From NCBI GenBank assembly GCA_964016885.1, contig OZ024741.1:412548001-412612000 (forward strand): a DNA stretch of 64,000 bases, read 5' to 3'. The stretch is from Eledone cirrhosa. Its lineage: Eukaryota. Within the stretch, counting starts at the first letter, position 1. Each line of letters opens with the position of its first letter. Both the position numbers and the translations under genes were made by a program. The notes under the pieces are model-generated. The model was not told where the DNA came from. It worked only from the letters and a program-made list of their open reading frames with translations, and did no database searches. This document shows, piece after piece, positions 37,960 to 52,090 of this stretch.

Positions 37960-38830
37960 ATAGGAAATACGAAGCATTGTGCGATATGTAATAAATGACT
38001 GATAAGTTTCAAAAAACCAGTAGAATGAGGTAGAAATATATGGGGAAGAAGGGAGAAGAGCGGCAGATGATGAGTGCTATGCGTTCCAATTGGTCCGTGT
38101 ATGCGATGGCCAGCAGGCCTGAGAGACTTGACCCCATCGGAAGTCCTCAAATTTGTTTGTAGACGGAGTCTACTAACTGGAAAAAGGTGTTGTACATGAT
38201 GACAGAGAGCAGCACCAAAGCAATTGAGGTTGGTAGAGGCGATGTGTTGTCCGTAATTAAGTCGATGGCCGTGGATGAGGTGGGGCAGAGCTGTAGAAGG
38301 AAACTACGGTGGAATTCCAAAGAATTCTCACTGAGAACGACTACCCTACTTCTGTCATCAAGAACTTAAATACCAAGGCAACAACACTTAAAAGAAAAGG
38401 ACACGTGCCCCTAGAGGTAACATGTGCTACCTAAAGCTACCACATTTGAGTAGATGACAGCTGCTATAATAACAACCAAGCTATCCGTAGGGAAGGCCTG
38501 AATATACAGTTGGCGCACTCGAGACCCTCATTGAAGCGTATGCTCCACAGACACCAACCTATATACAAGAGCGTATGTGGTCGACAAGGTCACTTGTATA
38601 AAATGTAGCTCCTCGTACAACGCAAGTACCGCCCGGGTGCAGCCCATACGGATCAATGAGCACATGAGGACGAGAGCTTCTTTTGTTAAAAATATCTTGA
38701 CAGTTGCCGCAGCCAAGACTTTGAGGTCACCATAGAGGTGAGGGGAAAGAATTTGGGCAATTTAAAAATCAAAGAGATCTTTATCATCAACCAGAAAAAA
38801 GGCCCAGATAAATAATAGATTTGAAATGCA
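37960..38830. mobile_element. Degenerate Penelope element: RT part on - (37960-38300), thumb/GIY-YIG part on + (38305-38830)
   Basis: Minus: YNTFFQL..YKQI*GLPMGSSLSGLLA. Plus: ILTENDYP, YLKLP, CIKCSSSY..IRINEH, NLKIKE; same family as 62124-63758. Confidence 0.75.
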
Positions 38831-39419
38831 CGAAGCAAATTGGCTACCATACCGATTCCACGCATGCGTGTTTCAGACACGGGGACCAGTTAATGATGAA
38901 CACATCGATCATTCGTTTTTGTTTTGAACTGTTTTCCGTTTTACATTTGAAAAGAGGGTAATAGCCCTGAAATGCTATGTTGAAATATACTGGGTCAAAC
39001 ACGACTTTGTTTGTCATCCTTTTCCCTTTATATATTTCTACCGCAATGGACAGCCCTTTTGAAACTTATTCATTCAGTAATATAATTAACTGATTTGTCT
39101 CGTATTATGATATGTATATTAAAGGCTTGTGCTAAATTAGTAGAGCCGTTAGAACGCAGATATAATTCTTTGTGGTATTCGCTCTGGTTCTCTACTCTCT
39201 GAGTTCAAATCCCGCCGAGGTCAACTTTGGAGGTAGAAAGACAGAGAGGGTGAGTATGAGGGATAGAGAGAGAAAAGGAGGAGGAGGGAAAGGAAGTTAA
39301 TCCAAAAGGGAGGTAGGACATAAGTGTGACCAGGATAAACAAAACAGGCGAGAGAGAGAGAGGGGGAGAGAGGAAGAGAGAGAGAGAGGAAGAGAGAGAA
39401 AGAGAGAGAGAGAGAGAGG

Positions 39420-39456
<37 letters not shown>

Positions 39457-39521
39457 GATCCCAAAAGTGGTAAGATATATAAAGTAATATATAAAGTCTT
39501 GGTTATACACACAAACACTAA

Positions 39522-39820
39522 TAATTGTTTCTACTTTTTGCACAAGGCCAGAAAGGCAAAGTTAACCTCGGCGGGATTTGACCTGCAAAGCATGGCGTCC
39601 GACCCTTTATCGATACTGCCACTCCACCAACACTAATAATTGTTTCTACTTTAGGCACAAGGCCAGCAATTAACCAGTACATTACTGGTACTTTATTTTA
39701 TCGACCCCGTAAGGATGAAAGGCAAAGTCAACCTCGGCGAGATTTGAACTCAGATTGTAAAGGGACGTAACTATGCTGGAAAGCATGGCGTCCGACCCTC
39801 TACCGATACTGCCACTCCAC
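39522..39820 (-). mobile_element. Two tandem SINE A copies (first internally deleted)
   Basis: Three copies of aacactaataat (~39513, ~39629, ~39822) bracket the two units. Confidence 0.85.
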
Positions 39821-40117
39821 CAACACTAATAATGAAGGAAGTTAGTTATATTGCTAAATCGTTGCAAATTCATGATTATTTTCAAAATTATTATGTTTAT
39901 CTGCATGCTGACTGACATTTCGGGGTTCTCAATTGGAAACTTATTTTACAGTTCAATACAACAATTATCTCCGCTGCTCCCCAACCCCCGGGAAACTGTT
40001 ATAAAACCATTAATCTATTATGGAATGCGTTTCCATCGTTTTCGACGATGAGTGTTCGAGTTGTTCGATAACGGAACAGTCTATTCATGAAATTACGTGT
40101 GCATTCCACAGACACAG

Positions 40118-40167
<50 letters not shown>

Positions 40168-40980
40168 GGTGTGTGTGTGGTGTGTGTGTGTGTCTGTGTG
40201 TGTATCTGTGTGTGTATGTGTCTGTGTCTGTGTGTCTGTGTGTGTCTGTGTCTGTGTGTGTGGTGGGGGACTTCTTCACAGTAAATGATGACCATTCGGC
40301 CATGCTGTCATGCCACATCCATTAAATCTGATACACAAAGTGTCCGGACAATTTACTCGAGATACAGAGACATAAAGGGGGAAACTGACCCAGCACTGGT
40401 CAACTATCATATTTATCCACCTTGAAATGATGAACGGAACAAATAGTGAGATATTTTTAACAATCCGACGTCTAAGCACTCTTACCTTTTGGAGTCATTA
40501 TTCCTCTATTGCGTGTTACGAGAGGCTCAGGCCATGCTAGGGCACCACATTTACTTATTTTCCTTTTTAATACACAACAAACCACTTATTTTATTTTATT
40601 ATACTATTTGTTTATTTATATTTTATTTATTTTTTAAATTGTGCGTTTTATTCTTTACGTTTTACACTTAAACATACACACACACATACACACGCACACA
40701 CTCACACACTCATACACACACACTCACACACACTCATACACACACGCACTCATACACACATACACATACACACTGACTCACACACATACACACACACACT
40801 CACACACACACACACACACACTCACACACACACACACACACACACTCATACACATACACACACACTCACACACACACACACTCACACACACACCTGTCTC
40901 TGTTTTTGTATTCCTGAAGAGGGGCTAAAACCCAACACGTCTAACTTTCAACTTTTTGTACCTCTGTTATTTCTTTGAAC

Positions 40981-41030
<50 letters not shown>

Positions 41031-41454
41031 AAGTAATTCCGTCGGAAAGGTACAGGAAAAAGAGTGCTCTATGTAGGTTACAGAGCTTATTAGTTATGTA
41101 ATAAACAACATAAGATAATTATTTCATTTACCAGTATATATATATATGGAATATGGGTCTAACTGACCAGGGATGCGCGGACCACATTATGGTCGCTCAA
41201 CAACCTGTATAAATAGTAGAAGTCAGAGTATTATATATTATTAAAATATTGGAGGCCATAATCAGTTGATTCAGGTTTATTCAAAACTCTGTTATATGTA
41301 TTTCACTGAAGACTATCAGTTATGGCAGCCTGAGCTCTTCAGACGGCAAAACCTATAAACACTTGAAAACAAAAAACTTCCTTGAAAAAAATGTTTCTAT
41401 TCATGATACAGGGGCGAATGTGTTGATGTTGTTTCTTCGCTGGCCGGCTCTTGT

Positions 41455-41810
41455 ATGACCCCTAGAACTAAGGTGGAAGGGCTGGTCAGTCCCAGTCTCA
41501 TTGACCCCTAGAACTACGGGGGAAGGGTTGGTCAGTCCCAGTCTCAGGTCACTATCACCAGAAGTTTAGAGTAGCAAATCATCGTTATAGTAACAAAATC
41601 CACTAGTAGCCGCCCCCCCCCTCCCTGGCAGTCAGTGGTTGTAATAGAACTAGTGACATCCCCCCCCTCCCTGGCTGTCAGTGGTTGTAATAGAACTAGT
41701 GACATCCCCTCCTCCTTGGCAGTCAGTGGTTGTAATAGAACTAGTGACATCCCCTCCTCCTTGGCAGTCAGTGGTTGTAGTAGTAGTAGTAGTGACATCC
41801 GTCTCCCCCC
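41455..41810. repeat. Two short minisatellites (~46 bp x2; ~45 bp x4)
   Basis: tgaccccctagaact..ggtcagtcccagtctca; ctagtgacatcccctcctccttggcagtcagtggttgtaatagaa. Confidence 0.9.
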
Positions 41811-42039
41811 AACCTCAATTGTCCACAGATCTGCAACAACTGTGAATATAACCGATACCAAGAAGTAAATATATAATAAATAAATTAAAAGGAATATTAT
41901 CTTGTTATGTATTGTTCCTACCATTATCTTAGTGTATCATACGGTTTTTTAGCACCCTAATATCTCCATTTAAGAAAATCTGTTAATACTGCATTGATTA
42001 TATATCTTAGGAGTTTATCATTTCTCCTTAGAGCACTCA

Positions 42040-42421
42040 ATTACCTACGTGTCCTATGGGAAACCAGACGCATTACGTCTTTCTCCACCTTGATTTTTCT
42101 CCTGAAACCTGAAAAAGTTAATCAGGGGATCACCGAAAAGGAAGGTGCTCATTTTCAGCCCTTTCTGACGCGTCCACCATACAACCTCTTTCGCCATGGT
42201 CAACATACAAAAACAGCCCGCCCTTCCTGGTTAAGGAAGGGAGGGGAGGCGGTGAGATTTTGACGATGTACTCAGTTGACAACGATACTCGGACACTGGA
42301 AAAATACATGCACTATGGTTTCATCGCCCTGCGCATATCTTGGGCATGCCTGGCTGACACGGCACCTCCATGGTTTATCTCGGATCGGCAACGCTCCCCG
42401 GTATTTCCGGGTCAGTTCGTC
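42040..42421 (-). mobile_element. Tx1/L1 LINE 3' fragment (C-terminal zinc-binding region)
   Basis: YRGALPIRDK..ACPRYAQGDETIVHVFFQCP. Confidence 0.8.
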
Positions 42422-43214
42422 AAAAGTTGTTAACATGGGTAGAGTGACAGAACCATTTAATTTATTACCATGGCTATAGTGTTGACATTTCTGAATGTGA
42501 TTATGTAGCCTAACTTTTACCATAAGGATTAAAACACATACAGGCACACAAGAGAGCAACATATGACATAGAGAAGAGAAGTACGTCTATTTTAGCTGTA
42601 CAATTCCCGAGGGGTGAAGTGGCTTCGACTTCTCTGCAGTTGAATTCGTAAGTACAGTTATTTTTATTGACTATCTCCCTTTGCAAGCAATAAACCCTTT
42701 AGTTTCCATTTTGGAAATATAGTGTTTGTAATATTTAATGTTGTATAATCTTACATTTCTACAAATTCACAGTCTCACAGTTTCACAGCCCCACAGTCAT
42801 GCATCTGCACATACATACATTATATTTGTGTGTATGTATATATATATATTACAGAATGAAAAAAAAAAACGAGATGTCCTACACGAATGAAAGTATAAGG
42901 AAAAAAGATGAAATCAGAAATGCAACTGGAGTCTTTTTTTAAAAAATATATATATTTATTTGGTTCCTTTACCGGTTTCGCAATTCTTGTGCTTTTCAAA
43001 AGTAGAATTGAGATGGAGGGATTGTGCTTTTTCTCGCATATATATATATATATATATATACTGGTAACATGTATCTCAGTACAACCTGTCTCGTGGTCGG
43101 GTCGTTGGCGACTAAACTGGCAACCCCATCAAGGTTTCTTGGTGAGGAGGGTGACTTTGGACATCCTGCAGGAGTAAAAACAAAACCTGTCAAAGGGCAA
43201 AGGAGCTGGTGGGA

Positions 43215-44910
43215 AAGGAGACTTAAAGATCTCCTTAATGAGAGCTCCATAGACCTCATCATGTACTCTCGTTATGTAGACGATATCAATATAGTTATAA
43301 GAACACCCCCACTAGAGAGCACTAACAAGTTTGATTTAGAACGTAGCACGATGGAAAGCATCCAGCAGATAGCTAATTCCATACACCAGAGTATAACTGT
43401 AACTATCGACTTCCCTTCCAAACACCCTAACAATAGACTACCTGTATTAGACACAGAACTCTGGATTAACACTATAGACGAGAGAGCCCAAATTCTCCAC
43501 TCACACTATGCTAAACCCATGGCCTCCAAATACCTGATACTCAAAAGATCAGCAATGTCCAGTAGTGCTAAGTTTAATATTCTGATCGCAGATTTGGTAC
43601 GAGTGATGAAGAATGTGTCCCGCATGTGCGACCCAACAGAAATGGAAAGACACATCCAACACTTCATCAACCGCATGCAGTTCTCTGGCTACAACCAAAG
43701 AGACAGAGTCAGAGTATACGAAGGAGCCATGGAAAAGTATAAGACCCTCATAGAACTGGACATGAAAGGAATTTGCCCATTATACAGGAGCAAATAATGG
43801 AATAGCTTAGATAGGGCTAGACATAAGATAGGGAAAGCCACCTCATGGTACGACAACCAGAGATACCAGAGTGTCATGTTTGTGGACGCCACCCCTGGAG
43901 GGAAATTAGCTAACCAGTGTAGAAAGGCCCTGAGAAAGACCCACTTAAAAATAAAGGTGGTAGAAAAGCCAGGAACCACCATAAAATCCCTGATCAGCAA
44001 AACCTACCCTTTTAAGAAAACCCACTGTACCAATAGGAAATGTATCATATGTAAGGTGAACCCCCGGATAAACTGTAAAACTAGAAACGTAGTCTATAGC
44101 ATAATATGTACAGAGGGTACTTGCAGAAACATGACAACAACATACATAGGTGAGACAGCTCGTAGCATAGGTGAAAGGATAGACCAACACTGGGGGGAAC
44201 TAAAAGGACGAAAAAACGGGTCAGTACTATACGAACATGCTAGACAACAACATGACGGTAACATAGACAACATAGAAATTAGAATAATATCTAAACATAG
44301 AAATGACCCAGCAGATAGGCAAATCAGAGAGGCCAGTGAAATAGAAATTAGAAGACCAAGGCTAAACAGAAAGAATGAATGGAATAACAACAACACCCAA
44401 ACAAACAACACTGACCTAAGAGAAGTATAAATAAGTAAATAAAATAAAATAAATAAATAAATAAATACATACACAAGCACAATAACAACAAGCACATAAA
44501 CACACACTAGTCACCCATCACACAGCAAACAAAACACTATACACACACGCAAACGCATGCGCAAAGAAGACAAAACAAAATAAACAAACAAGCAAATAAA
44601 TAAATAAATATATAGACAGACTGAATAAAAATGGCGTAGACATACAACACAACAGGAGGAAAATATAACACCACTGACGATGTTGCAGATGTGCAACGAA
44701 AGATTTATGATAAACTATATATATGTGTTTGTGTCTATATTGTATCTGTATTATTTTTGACCGTCGGTCAGTCAATGGCAACATTGAGGACCGAGTAAGT
44801 TAGATTACCGATATAAAAGACAGCGAGAAGCGAAAACCAACCAAACAGTGAGTGTGTTCTGTTATTAATTCTGGCAATATTACACAAATATGGCCCTCCC
44901 CAAGTATAAC
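43215..44910 (+). mobile_element. Penelope-like element, 5'-truncated, one in-frame stop
   Basis: YSRYVDDINI, RLPVLD, FSGY, CIIC..NC, VVYSIIC..YIGETARSIGERIDQH; hammerhead in the 3' part. Confidence 0.9.
44671..44710 (+). ncRNA. Minimal type I hammerhead ribozyme
   Basis: CTGACGA-T-GTTGCA-GATG-TGCAAC-GAA-AGATTT-A; perfect 6-bp stem II, near-palindromic stem III. Confidence 0.75.
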
Positions 44911-44942
<32 letters not shown>

Positions 44943-45079
44943 TATATATATATCCAAAATTAAGTTAAGAGTGTCAGAGAGACATGCACCATATCCACTG
45001 TAGAATATGCTCCAAGATTCCAATGAATAGATCCGACCATTTTATATCAACTAGAAATTGATTGACATATATATATATA

Positions 45080-46811
45080 TTAGTAGTTTTATTATACTGC
45101 TACTGGTGTTTTTCTTATTTGTTTCTTTCTTCTTTTCAAAATGAAAACACGCCACCGCACTCTTCTTATGAAGGGGTTGGTTTGTCAAGAGTGCGGTGGT
45201 GTGCTTTTCATTTTGAAAAGAAGAAAGAAACAAATAGGAAAAACACCAACCATAATTTCGAGAATATCTCCGTACAACAAACTCTTGGAAAATTTCGAAA
45301 ACGAAATTTTTAATAAATTAAGGAATATAAAATTAAAGAAAAACCCATATAAAGGCCAAGAATACCTTAGAAGTCTGAGAGAAAAAATTATTGACATAAA
45401 AAAAGTAAATAAAATATTAGTGAAATCAGACAAAACCAACAACTTATATGGGATAGAAAAAACAAAATATAAGGACTTAATTGTGAAGATCTATTGGATA
45501 TCAACAAGGATGCTTTTGAAATAATCACCAAGCTCGGAATAGAAAAGAAGACCGAACCTTTCATACCAAGGCAACCGCGGATAAATTTTAAAGACTATAA
45601 AAGAAATTTCGAAGAAGACTTACCTGTTAGACTTATCGCACCTTCGAAGTCAGACCTTGGAATAATTAGTAAAAACATAATAGATAGGATTTTGCCAACG
45701 TTATAATTGAGGTCAAGGCTTAACTTATGGAAGGGCACTAGTGAAGTCATAGATTGGTTCAATAATATCGAAAATAAGAAAAATCCTAAATTCATTCAAA
45801 TGGACATAGCGAGTTATTACTCCTCAATAACTCCTAACCTTTTGACAAGGCGCTTTGATATGCATATAAACACACTGATCTATCTAGTGATGAGATTAAT
45901 ATTATTCTAACGGCAAGGCGAACCTTGATTGACTTTAATAATGATTTTTGGACTCGTTCGGATAGGCAGACAAATTTCGACATTACTATGGGCTCGTGCG
46001 ATTCTGCGCAAGTTACCGATCTTGTGGGAATTTTCATCCTTAATATGATAAATAGAAAACTGCCGGAGATTACCGGTGGTTTATATAGAGATGACATATT
46101 ATTTACTGTAGTTAGACATAATAATAGCTAATTAAATAGAGTAAAGAAAGTAGTTATAGAATTCTTTAAACATTACGACCTGAAATTAGAAGTAGAAAAT
46201 AACAATAAAATAGTTAACTTTTTAGACGTAACCCTTAATTTAAACTCAGGCCTTTATTACCCCTTCCATAAACTCAATGAAAACCTAAATTATGTTAACT
46301 TTTACTCTAATCATCCCAAAAGTGTTAAAAATGCAATACTCCAACAATAGTGTCCAACAACGAATATCCAGACTATCTGCTAACAGATCCATTTTTAATA
46401 GTAAAGCTGAATATTATAATGAAGCGTTACATAAAGCAGGATATAAAAATAATATTGAATATGTAGAAAAAAAATAATATTAATTATAAACACAATATTC
46501 ATAATAATAATAATAAAAATAAAACTGACTGTAAAAATAACAACTTGGAGAATAAATCTGGGAAAAAAATTAGGACTAGATCTATAATTTGGTATGCCCC
46601 ACCAGTGTCTTTAGCTATTAAAATACCTTTAGCACATTTATTTTTTAAAGCCTTGGATAAATGTTTCCCTAGATCACATAAGTATTACTCTATCTTCAAT
46701 AGACACACAGTTAAACTCTCTTATTCAACAGCTATGAATATTGCTCAAAATATTGCAAAAATTAATAGCAAAATTCTTAATCTGAACCAGCATATAATTA
46801 GCGATAATAAC

Positions 46812-46873
<62 letters not shown>

Positions 46874-47220
46874 AGTAATTAATGTGAATAACAATAACAA
46901 TAGTTTAAATACGAATAATAGTAGAACACCTAGAAATAATAACAATTGTTTGGGTTATAGAAATAACACGGAATTGAACTGTAACTGTAGAAGGAAATCT
47001 GAATGCCCTTTACAAAATAATTGCCTTGATAAGAATTTAGTATATAAATGTACCATTAAAACAAATAATAATATTACTTATAACTACATAGGTGCAACTT
47101 CATCGAACTTTAAGTTTCGTTTTTCCAATCATAAACATTCTTTCTCAAATCCAGATAAAAAAGGTTCTACTTGATGAGGACGTACTAAAAAAACAGCACA
47201 CTACCTCCGAAATATATATA
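45080..47220 (+). mobile_element. Second Naiad-like PLE, frameshifted, very AT-rich, with 5' fold-back
   Basis: SDKTNNLY, QMDIASYY, DITMGSCDSAQV, GLYRDD, VNFLDV, CNC..CPL..C, YIGAT. In-frame (AAT)n poly-Asn; inverted repeat 45105-45250; degenerate TTGATGA..GAAA at 47171-47212. Confidence 0.88.
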
Positions 47221-47221
47221 A

Positions 47222-47442
47222 CTAGCTGGCCCGTCCGGCTGGCGACCGGCTAGGTATACCTGCCCCCACCACTCTACTACAAAGATACCACACACCCTCC
47301 CGTGTCACATTGTCCTCCCGACTCTCCCTCTCTCTCTCTGAATAACTAACACTTTAATTGTATCTCTCTGTCTAACGGTCTATCTCTCTCTTTCCCCTCC
47401 CTCTGTTTTTCTGTCTCTGTAGATGTGTGTGTGTAGTTTTCC

Positions 47443-47486
<44 letters not shown>

Positions 47487-47800
47487 GTGTATATATTGAA
47501 GGAGATACTGAAACTAAAACACTGTTGTCATATAGAGAGTGAAGAGCGACAGAGAGAGTAAAGCAGTTAAATTATAGAGAGGGGGAATGATCTTACATAC
47601 ATACATACATACATTCATACATACATACATACATACATACATATAAAGTATAGATATGTGTGTGTGTTTGTGTATGTGTATGTGTGTATGTGCATGTGTG
47701 TGTCTGCGTGTTTTGTTTTGATGTTATATTATGTGTGTGTATGTGTGTGTGTGTTACTTATGCGAGCGACGACAAGAAGTATGTGTATTTGTGTGTGTGT

Positions 47801-47898
<98 letters not shown>

Positions 47899-48269
47899 TA
47901 TGCGAGCGACGACAGAAAAACAGAGGGAGGAGAAAAGAGAGAGATAGGGTGTTAGACAGAGAGAGATACAATTAAAACGGAAAGTAAAAGAGTGTTGTCA
48001 TATAGAGAGTGAAGAGAGACAGAGAGTAAAGCAATTAAATTATAGAGAGGGTGAAAGAGGGAGAGAGAGAGAGACGACACTCAACTTTATAATATTTGGG
48101 AGTGAAGAACGACAGAGAGAGTAAAGCAGTTAAATTATAGAGAGGGGGAATGATCTATTATAGAGAGAGGGAAGAGTGACGGAGAGAGTAAAGCTAACAA
48201 ACTATAGAGAGGTGTGTCGGATACATACATACATAATACACACGACACTCAGCTTTATAATATTATAGA
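47222..48269 (-). mobile_element. Non-autonomous Helitron
   Basis: On -: A^TCTATAATATTATAAAG start, hairpin ccggtcgccagccgg, CTAG^T end. Shares the gagtgaagagcgacagagagagtaaagcag repeat with 24140-24335. Confidence 0.85.
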
Positions 48270-48322
48270 TAAAACATATTTTGATTATGTGAACGTCTTC
48301 ATTCATTTATTAATATTTTGAA

Positions 48323-48379
<57 letters not shown>

Positions 48380-48384
48380 GAGAG

Positions 48385-48465
<81 letters not shown>

Positions 48466-48919
48466 GTAGTGATCAGATTTCGTTAGGGGAAATCGAAGAT
48501 TATGTCAACATGCAATGCTTTTTGACTGTACAAGTGAAAAGTTTATCCTAGTGTTTCCGTGGTGATTAACCGTGGGTACAATGAAGGTAATTCCAGGAGT
48601 GTTTATATATAATATAATAAGTAACATGAATATAACATGTTAGTCCTTTAACTATCTATATACTACTAAAACTCTGTGATTGTGTGCTTGTCTGTAACGT
48701 AATACAGCCAAAACAGCGCATAATGGGAAGATAATTTGAAAGGAAGCTGCGTCTGAAATGGGAATACAAATGGAATAAAACAAGATCCGCGTAAATCGGA
48801 GCGCGGGTTCCCGAGATACGAATTTTTTCCGGGTACCTTCATAAATAGCCAACAGCTCCGTGATAACCAATAACCCTCTCTCTGTATATTATAACCCTCT
48901 ATCTTTATATGTTATAACC

Positions 48920-48967
<48 letters not shown>

Positions 48968-48971
<4 letters not shown>

Positions 48972-49565
48972 TCAGTGTTGGAGCCCTCTCTCAAAGCTCT
49001 CAAAATGTCATCAAAGTCATACAGGAGCTGCATTAGGCAGTCCCTGCCACTACGGAACCCATGCTGGTTGGAGTTCACCAGGTTGTTGCTTTCAAGAAAA
49101 TGAGTTATTCGTGATCTCACCACCCTCTCAAATACCTTAATGATATGAGAGGTGATAAGATTGGACGGTAATTCATGGCAAGGGATTTGTTTCCCTTTTT
49201 GAAAGTTGGGCAGAAATTTTTCACTTATATAGCCAGCGTCCAATGAGTTCCTCCATATATTTGCAAAAGGAGATGTAAGTTGGTGTCGAGAAACCTTCAT
49301 GACATAAACAGAGAACTTATCGGGGGCCTACTGCTGAATTATGTTTAATTTCGTTTAATGTCGTTAAGACATCAGGTGTGTCAAACGTTATGTCCGATAT
49401 AGTGTGTTGGGGATTAACATCACTGATACATCCAAGATCGGCCATATCAGGATTGCTGAAAACAAAGCAGTATTGTTTCTGCAGAATCTCACCCATGGTT
49501 TTTGCATTATCTTTGAGTGTGCCATTCAAATCAACTAGAGGGCCAACAGTGGAAACAGTGACCTT
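48968..49565 (-). mobile_element. CR1-group LINE RT fragment
   Basis: TSHIIKVFERVV..NQHGFRSGRDCLMQLL. Confidence 0.85.
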
Positions 49566-50063
49566 GTGACCAATATACTAGACTGTGGGACCGAACACAG
49601 GATAATGTGATTGTCAAGCTCATGTTTTAACCCTATCTCATGCTCTGTCTTCAAAGAAATTAATCTTCTTCTTCTTCTTCTTCTTCTTCTTCTTCTTCTT
49701 CTTCTTCTTCTTCTTCTTCTTCTTCTTGAGAAACAACATCAAGAACAACAACATCATCGAGAACATGAAAAACAACAAGATAAACAACAACATTCATTTT
49801 AGCAACAAAAGCAACAACAACAACAACAGCATCAGCAACAAGAAAAATGACAAGAGGAGTATGAAGAAGAAAAAGAACAAGAACATAACCTTAGTACAAA
49901 CAACCACAACAACAACAACAACAATATGATTAATCAAAATCTAAATTACTTCCAGAAAAAAAGTTCAAAGTTATTTAATCAGGAAACAAAGTGGTGTAAT
50001 GACTGATATTTTGTAACTGACATATCATGTTCCGTTATCAACGTCATTATATAAATCAATTAA

Positions 50064-50248
50064 GGGCGGTGGATTGGCAGAATCGGTAGAGAGTTGGACG
50101 CCATGCTTTCCAGCATAGTTACGTCCCTTTACGGTCTGAGTTCAAATCCCGCCGAGGTTAACTTTGCCTTTCATCCTTTCGGGGTCGATAAAATAAAGTA
50201 CCAGTAATGTACTGGGTAATTGCTGGCCTTGTGCCAAAAGTAGAAACA
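50064..50248 (+). mobile_element. SINE A full length with 18-bp TSD
   Basis: attatataaatcaattaa (50046-50063) / attatatatatcaattaa (50249-50266). Confidence 0.92.
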
Positions 50249-50349
50249 ATTATATATATCAATTAATTAGTTAATTCAATTAGACAATTCTATTGACTGA
50301 TTAATTGCTTAAGTTTATTTAAAAACAACCCGTTCGAGAGCTTACTTTG

Positions 50350-50780
50350 ATTTGTGCAGTTTTTTGCAATTTGTTTGCAATTCCTTTACACATTTTGAAT
50401 GCACCCGCCAAAAACAGGGCTTACCGCCCTCGCAGGGTAACCACACGAGGTAGTGGCTTCACTAATGCTTCATTTGAACCTGGTAGGCGGATGAGAGCAA
50501 AAACATGTTGTCAAAGTGTCTACCTTGTTCGATCATTATACCAAAAGCTTACAATGAAAGCAGACAGTATACTTGAAATAGAAGTCACAGAAACCTCCCA
50601 CTGGATTTTACCACCAAGTTCCAGGAAGGTCCAGGTAAATCTTTTGTTAACCTGTTTAGCTTGTTCATTTTTTCGGCTGCCTGGCTTATCACTTCACATC
50701 CATTTTTATAATGTGTCTTAATTGCTCTGGCTTCTTCCTAGTCCATTGAGCACTTGCCGGCATATCTCGCAAATTGCGTT
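50350..50780 (-). pseudogene. Possible hAT transposase N-terminal (BED-finger-like) remnant
   Basis: Broken frames giving ..KYTVCFHCK..; weak. Confidence 0.3.
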
Positions 50781-51197
50781 TCGTTTTGTTTTGGCCACCG
50801 CCGAAATATGTCACACGAAAATCTGTTTTGTAGCTTAATTGTTATAAATTAATGTTTTTCCTCTCGTCTCTTACTCCGCTGGACAGCGTTTGGCTTGTGT
50901 CAGATACTGTGACCCCGGATGGACCAGCTGTCAAAACTGATGATAGGGGTTGAATCGGCCAAAGTCAGTCTCAATGATGTCTATGGAGTTCTGTGTCCTT
51001 CGTTTGTATTTTTATTTTTAAAAATAATTTTTACCGTTTCCCCTTAAAAAATTGCTTTTTATTGTGTTTTGTTTCCGTTCGTTGTCTTATCCACTCTTTG
51101 TTAATTTTTGAAAGTTTATATATATATATATATACACACACATATATCTATATACATGTATAATCATGCTATGGTACTAACATGAATATATATAATA

Positions 51198-52069
51198 CTA
51201 GCAGCTGAGTCCGGTTGCACCCGGGGCCACTTTTTATTAAGTTAATAATTTGAAAAATATTATTGAAAGTTTATTATAAAGAAGCAGTTTCATGAAAAAA
51301 AATAGAAATATGCACTTGGGGCTGGACGGCGTACAACGAGAAGTGGGGCGACGTGAAAAGCGTTGTTTATTAACAGCAAAATAGCAATCTTGATGATATG
51401 CAATTTGAAAAATACTACTTACTGTTAGTGGTGGTTAACATGTATTAGAATTAAAATAAAAACACGCGTCGCTTCTTCGCAATTTAAGGGTTTTATTTCT
51501 TTTGATGGAAAACAGTGATCCTACTGCAGAATCGATTTCATAAAACGGTACTGTGAAAATGAAACGTACTGTAGAAGGCAACAGTTTATTAATCTGCATT
51601 TTCAAACTTACATATCATCGACATTGATATTTCGCTGTTAATAAACAACGCTTTTCATGTCGCTCCACTTCTCATTGTACGCTGTCCAGCCCCAAGTGCA
51701 TATTTCTATTTTTTTTCCTGAAACTGCTTCTTTATAACAAACTTTCAATAATATTTTTCAAATTATTGGTACTGTATGTTAACAGCGAAAGAACGTTGAT
51801 GAGTTTAAGAATTTGTATGAAATTGTAAATAACTCATACAAGTATTAGAACAGGGGGAAATAACTCACCGAACGCGATAGTAAATAGACCGTTTGGGGGC
51901 CCTAGGGACCACATTTTTCAAGTTAGAGATTTGAATCCTCGTCTATTTGCTTCCTTGGCATTTTTTACATAGGTGTGTAAATTTTCATGTCCGTCCGACC
52001 ACGTCTACTACCATTTAACCGTGCACATCTGAATTTCAACCACCACCCATTTCACAAATATATATTAGA
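51198..52069 (-). mobile_element. Non-autonomous Helitron with internal ~168-bp inverted repeat
   Basis: A^TC start, hairpin ccgggtgcaaccgg, CTAG^T end; 51244-51411 pairs with 51599-51767. Confidence 0.82.
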
Positions 52070-52090
52070 TATATATATTATATATATATG

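Noticed and set aside
40910-41360. CTGAAGA motifs at ~40914 and ~41306
   Set aside because: The GAAA partner is absent or mutated; too degenerate to call.
42765-42800. RSS-like CACAGT repeats
   Set aside because: No nonamer or 12/23 spacing; simple short repeat.
47172-47177. Selenocysteine UGA in a Naiad ORF
   Set aside because: The TGA is at a deletion junction into the hammerhead remnant, not at a Cys position, and the ORF is frameshifted. The intact Naiad ORF at 11167-12992 has no in-frame TGA.
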